From the NCBI GenBank assembly GCA_964350605.1, contig CAYGKP010000002.1, positions 1-38,283 of the forward strand: a stretch of DNA of 38,283 nucleotides, read 5' to 3'. This document shows, in pieces, positions 34,774 to 38,283 of the stretch. Below the pieces are notes generated by a model. It was not told the DNA's origin. It ran no database searches and saw only the letters and a list, made by a program, of their open reading frames with translations. The DNA is from an uncultured Cytophagales bacterium (GTDB lineage Bacteria; Bacteroidota; Bacteroidia; Cytophagales; JAAEPT01). The number at the start of each line of letters is the position of its first letter. The first letter of the stretch is position 1. The position numbers were made by a program, and so were the translations under genes.

Positions 34774-36636
34774 ATGGCAAACGCAGCCGCAATCGACACC
34801 CACGCTGACGTCCACACCGACGATCACGGGCACGACGAGCACCACTCGCAAAGTTTCGTCGAGAAGTACATCTTCTCGATGGATCACAAGACGATCGCCA
34901 AGCAATTCCTAATCACGGGGATTTTCTGGGCGTTCATCGGTGGCTTGTTCTCAGTCATCTTCCGCCTCCAACTTGGTTTTCCCGAAGCCGATCTGGGCTT
35001 TCTAAAGCCCTTGCTGGGTGATTGGATTACTGCTGACAACAAACTCGACCAAGAGTTTTACCTCGCGTTGGTCACCATGCACGGGACCATCATGGTCTTC
35101 TTCGTGCTTACGGCCGGACTGTCGGGCACCTTCTCGAACTTCCTGATCCCGCTGCAAATCGGTGCGCGCGACATGGCCTCTGGGTTCATGAACATGCTCT
35201 CGTACTGGTTCTTCTTTGCGGCTGGTGTGGTGATGTTCTACTCACTGTTCCTGGAAACAGGGCCTGCCAGTGGGGGATGGGTCATCTATCCACCGCTCAG
35301 TGCCTTACCGGAAGCGGTCAGTGGTTCTGGAGCTGGTATGACCTATTGGCTCATCTCGATGGCCTTGTTCATTGCCTCCACATTGCTTGGGGGGATCAAC
35401 TACATCTCGACGGTCATCAACTTGCGCACGAAGGGCATGTCCTTCTCGCGGATGCCGCTAACTATCTGGGCCTTCTTCATCACGGCGATTCTGGGCTTAC
35501 TCTCCTTTCCCGTGCTGTTCTCGGCTGCGTTGCTGCTGATCTTTGACCGACACTTTGGCACCAGCTTCTACCTCTCTGAAATCTACATCGGTGGGGAAGC
35601 CCTCCCGAACGTGGGGGGTAGCCCGCTGCTCTTCCAGCATTTGTTCTGGTTCCTTGGTCACCCGGAGGTGTACATCATCATCCTGCCTGCGCTGGGGATT
35701 ACCTCAGAGGTCATTGCGACCAACGCACGCAAGCCAATCTTTGGCTACCGCGCCATGATTGGTTCGATGCTCGGCATTGGTTTCCTCTCGTTCATCGTAT
35801 GGGCCCACCACATGTTCGTGACTGGGATGAACCCGTTCCTTGGCTCGGTCTTCATGTTTTTGACTTTGATCATTGCCGTGCCTTCGGCGGTTAAAGCCTT
35901 TAACTATATCACAACCTTGTGGAAGGGCGACATCGTCTTTACTCCGGCGATGCTCTTCTCGATTGGTCTGGTCTCGCTGTTCATCTCGGGTGGTGTGACG
36001 GGGATTGCTCTGGGTAACTCGGCGATTGACATTCAGCTCCACGATACCTACTTCGTTGTAGCTCACTTCCACTTGGTGATGGGTGCTTCGGCGTTCTTCG
36101 GCATGATGGCGGGCATTTACCACTGGTTCCCCAAGATGTTTGGCCGCATGATGGACTCACGCTTGGGCGTGCTTCACTTCTGGCTGACCTTCCTGGGTGT
36201 ATATCTGGTCTTCTTCCCAATGCACTACCTCGGGGTCGCAGGCTTCCCCCGTCGCTACTACTCGTTCACGAACTTTGATACGTTCAACATCCTGGCGGAT
36301 GTGAACACATTCATCTCGATCGCTGCGATCCTGACCTTCTCGGCCCAGATCATCTTTGCCTTTAACTTCTTCTACAGCATCTTTAAAGGTCGCAAGGCCC
36401 CAGAGAACCCTTGGCGTGCAACTACCCTTGAGTGGACCACCCCACGTTTGCCGGGACACGGCAACTGGCCGGGTGCCATCCCTGAGGTACACCGCTGGCC
36501 CTACGACTTCAGTAAGCCAGGTGCGAAGGATGACTTCATCATGCAACACATTCCTTTGGAGGACACCCCTGAGTCGAACCTGCCGCACGAGCAGGAATTG
36601 GTTGAGGCCCGAAAACGGGAGTTGTCTCAAGCCTAA
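34774..36636 (+). CDS. coxA: Cytochrome c oxidase subunit I
   Basis: 'WFFGHPEVYIIILPALG', 'WAHHMFVTG' and 'HDTYFVVAHFHLVM' are haem-copper oxidase signatures. Length is 620 aa. Confidence 0.96.
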   Translation: MANAAAIDTHADVHTDDHGHDEHHSQSFVEKYIFSMDHKTIAKQFLITGIFWAFIGGLFSVIFRLQLGFPEADLGFLKPLLGDWITADNKLDQEFYLALVTMHGTIMVFFVLTAGLSGTFSNFLIPLQIGARDMASGFMNMLSYWFFFAAGVVMFYSLFLETGPASGGWVIYPPLSALPEAVSGSGAGMTYWLISMALFIASTLLGGINYISTVINLRTKGMSFSRMPLTIWAFFITAILGLLSFPVLFSAALLLIFDRHFGTSFYLSEIYIGGEALPNVGGSPLLFQHLFWFLGHPEVYIIILPALGITSEVIATNARKPIFGYRAMIGSMLGIGFLSFIVWAHHMFVTGMNPFLGSVFMFLTLIIAVPSAVKAFNYITTLWKGDIVFTPAMLFSIGLVSLFISGGVTGIALGNSAIDIQLHDTYFVVAHFHLVMGASAFFGMMAGIYHWFPKMFGRMMDSRLGVLHFWLTFLGVYLVFFPMHYLGVAGFPRRYYSFTNFDTFNILADVNTFISIAAILTFSAQIIFAFNFFYSIFKGRKAPENPWRATTLEWTTPRLPGHGNWPGAIPEVHRWPYDFSKPGAKDDFIMQHIPLEDTPESNLPHEQELVEARKRELSQA

Positions 36637-36644
36637 CACACTCA

Positions 36645-36668
36645 CGAACCCCGCTCCAGCGGGGTTCG
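36645..36668 (+). terminator. GC-rich 10-bp hairpin (cgaaccccgc-tcca-gcggggttcg) between coxA and ctaA
   Basis: Perfect inverted repeat read directly. It lies 9 nt after the coxA stop and 7 nt before the ctaA ATG. Only a weak T-run follows (gctgttc), so it could be an attenuator, terminator or mRNA-processing or stability element. Confidence 0.4.
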
Positions 36669-36674
36669 CTGTTC

Positions 36675-37718
36675 ATGAGCAGATTGTCTTTCTATCGTGT
36701 GGGGCGCGCCACCGTCGTCGCTGTCTTCTTGCTGATCGCCGTTGGGGCGATTGTCAGGAGCCTGGGGGCGGGGATGGGATGCCCGGATTGGCCCAAGTGT
36801 TTTGGTGCCTGGTTGCCACCCTCGAGCGAATCCGAGTTGCCATCGGACTACGCCGAGCAGTTTGTCGAGTCTCGCCGCCTGAAGAACGAGCGCATGTATG
36901 GCGTTATGGAGGGTTTAGGTCTATCAACCTTGATGACCGAGGAGGGCTTCGACCAATACAGCGAGACGAAATTCAACTTCACGAAGGCCTGGGTCGAGTA
37001 CGGCAACCGCCTAGTGGGTGTAGTAGTCGGGCTGCTGATTGCGGCCACACTGCTCACCAGCTTCCGTCTTCGAAAGGAAAGTTGGCGGCCCTTTTGGGCG
37101 TCGCTCACGGCGTTCATTTTGGTGGTATTTCAAGGTTGGCTCGGCAGTTTGGTCGTCTCGACCAACCTTTTGCCGGGTATGATTACCGTCCACATGGTCG
37201 TGGCTTTGGTGATTGTTTGTCTGCTGATCTACGCGGTTCAGCCGATTAAGCCGAAGGAACCAGCCCTTACGCTGCCTCTCGGGTTGCGTTGGGTCTTGTT
37301 GCTCGGCATCGCTCTGATGCTGGTTCAGATCATTTTGGGCACTCAGGTCCGCGAGCAGGTGGATCGCTTTGCGGCGCAGTACAACCACCAAGGCCGTGGG
37401 GGATGGGTGGATCAATTGGGCCTGCCGTTTTACATCCACCGCAGCTTTTCGATTCTTGTCTTGCTGGTCAATGGCTGGTTTCTCTATCAACTCCGACCAC
37501 TGGTCAAGGATCACCCGGGCATCGCCAAATGGGCCAAGCTACTTGCTGTTGGCTTGTTGGTGACCATCCTGTTGGGTGTCATTCTCAGCTACTTGGGCCT
37601 TCCGCGCTTTGTGCAGCCACTGCATTTGCTGTTGGCGGCGGTATTACTTGGGGTGCAATGGCAGTTGTGGCTAACTTTGCGGCCCCGGCGGGGGCGTACT
37701 GCTCCCCAAACCCGATGA
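36675..37718 (+). CDS. ctaA: Heme A synthase (COX15/CtaA family)
   Basis: It contains 'GAGMGCPDWPKCFG', conserved His residues within TM helices, and about 8 TM segments. Confidence 0.85.
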   Translation: MSRLSFYRVGRATVVAVFLLIAVGAIVRSLGAGMGCPDWPKCFGAWLPPSSESELPSDYAEQFVESRRLKNERMYGVMEGLGLSTLMTEEGFDQYSETKFNFTKAWVEYGNRLVGVVVGLLIAATLLTSFRLRKESWRPFWASLTAFILVVFQGWLGSLVVSTNLLPGMITVHMVVALVIVCLLIYAVQPIKPKEPALTLPLGLRWVLLLGIALMLVQIILGTQVREQVDRFAAQYNHQGRGGWVDQLGLPFYIHRSFSILVLLVNGWFLYQLRPLVKDHPGIAKWAKLLAVGLLVTILLGVILSYLGLPRFVQPLHLLLAAVLLGVQWQLWLTLRPRRGRTAPQTR

Positions 37719-38283
37719 ACGGTAGCCCAACCACATTGACAACACCGATTTCGCTGCTCCACCGCTTGCGGTGCTATTTCCAACTGGCCAAGCCGCGGTT
37801 GACCAGCTTGGTGCTCTTTTCGGGGGGTATTGCCTATGCGGTCGGCTCGACACAGGCGGTGCGGGCCGGGGAAATGGTGTTGGTCCTCATCGCGGCGGCC
37901 TTGGTGACCGCTTCGGCAAACGCCATCAACCAGATTTTAGAGGTTCGCTGGGATGCGCAAATGCGCCGGACCCAGTCGCGCCCGTTGCCCAGCGGGAAAC
38001 TTCAAGCTGCCGAGGTCATGGTTTATGCCCTCATTTGCGGCTCGGTGGGGGTTTTGATGCTCATTTCGCGCTTTGGATTGCTTTCGGGCTGCTTGGCGCT
38101 CCTCTCCCTTTGGATCTATGCCTTTGCTTACACGCCTGCCAAGCGGGTCGGGGTGTTGGCGGTGTATGTCGGCGCGATTCCGGGTGCGTTGCCGCTTTTG
38201 ATTGGCTATGCAGCGGGAGCAGGACATTTGGCGCCCACTGCTTGGTTGCTGTTCGCCATGCAAATCGCGTGGCAGTTCCCCCA
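37715..38283 (+). CDS. cyoE: Protoheme IX farnesyltransferase (heme O synthase), 3'-truncated by the window edge
   Basis: This ORF is not in the track because there is no stop before the window end. My translation from the ATG at 37715 (ATGA overlap with the ctaA stop) is MNGSPTTLTTPISLLHRLRCYFQLAKPRLTSLVLFSGGIAYAV...ANAINQILEVRWDAQMRRTQSRPLPSGKL.... This carries the UbiA-family motif N.x.E...D..M.RT..RPLP.G. Confidence 0.9.
   Translation, partial: MNGSPTTLTTPISLLHRLRCYFQLAKPRLTSLVLFSGGIAYAVGSTQAVRAGEMVLVLIAAALVTASANAINQILEVRWDAQMRRTQSRPLPSGKLQAAEVMVYALICGSVGVLMLISRFGLLSGCLALLSLWIYAFAYTPAKRVGVLAVYVGAIPGALPLLIGYAAGAGHLAPTAWLLFAMQIAWQFP

Overview
The window looks like a Bacteroidota chromosome segment. 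Start codons lack obvious Shine-Dalgarno sequences, there is a TAnnTTTG-type -7 box, many ORFs carry lipoboxes, and the gene order is actABCDEF-coxBA-ctaA-cyoE. The backbone is about 55-60% GC by hand counts on sampled 60-nt lines.

Left half, nt 3-19640 (accessory). Eight + strand genes run from 3 to 18661 with gaps of 10 nt or less or overlapping stop/start codons. They encode:
- a 5'-truncated tail-fibre-like protein
- a secreted protein
- an OmpH/Skp-like chaperone
- a lipoprotein
- a 2,421-aa protein with an SpvB/TcB-like N-terminal signature
- a small secreted protein
- a roughly 2,398-aa RHS/YD-repeat polymorphic toxin with a low-GC C-terminal tip carrying HEVGH, a metallopeptidase-like motif
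- an overlapping lipoprotein that is a likely immunity factor

Directly after the immunity gene lies a degraded copy of an RHS-core segment, which I read as an orphan cassette scar. It is followed by about 400 bp of noncoding DNA and another low-GC lipoprotein gene. I saw no TcA, T6SS, T9SS-CTD or PAAR signatures in the window, so this is my candidate for an undescribed Tc-like/RHS delivery module.

Right half (housekeeping):
- typA/bipA
- a hypothetical protein
- a second OmpH/Skp gene (-)
- a NUDIX CoA-pyrophosphatase-like gene (-)
- a nitroreductase gene (-)
- a complete alternative complex III operon (actABCDEF)
- aa3-type cytochrome oxidase subunits II and I
- heme A synthase
- a 3'-truncated heme O synthase that is missing from the ORF track

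I found no rRNA, tRNA, CRISPR array or transposase. All family assignments rest on motif recognition by eye, not on searches.
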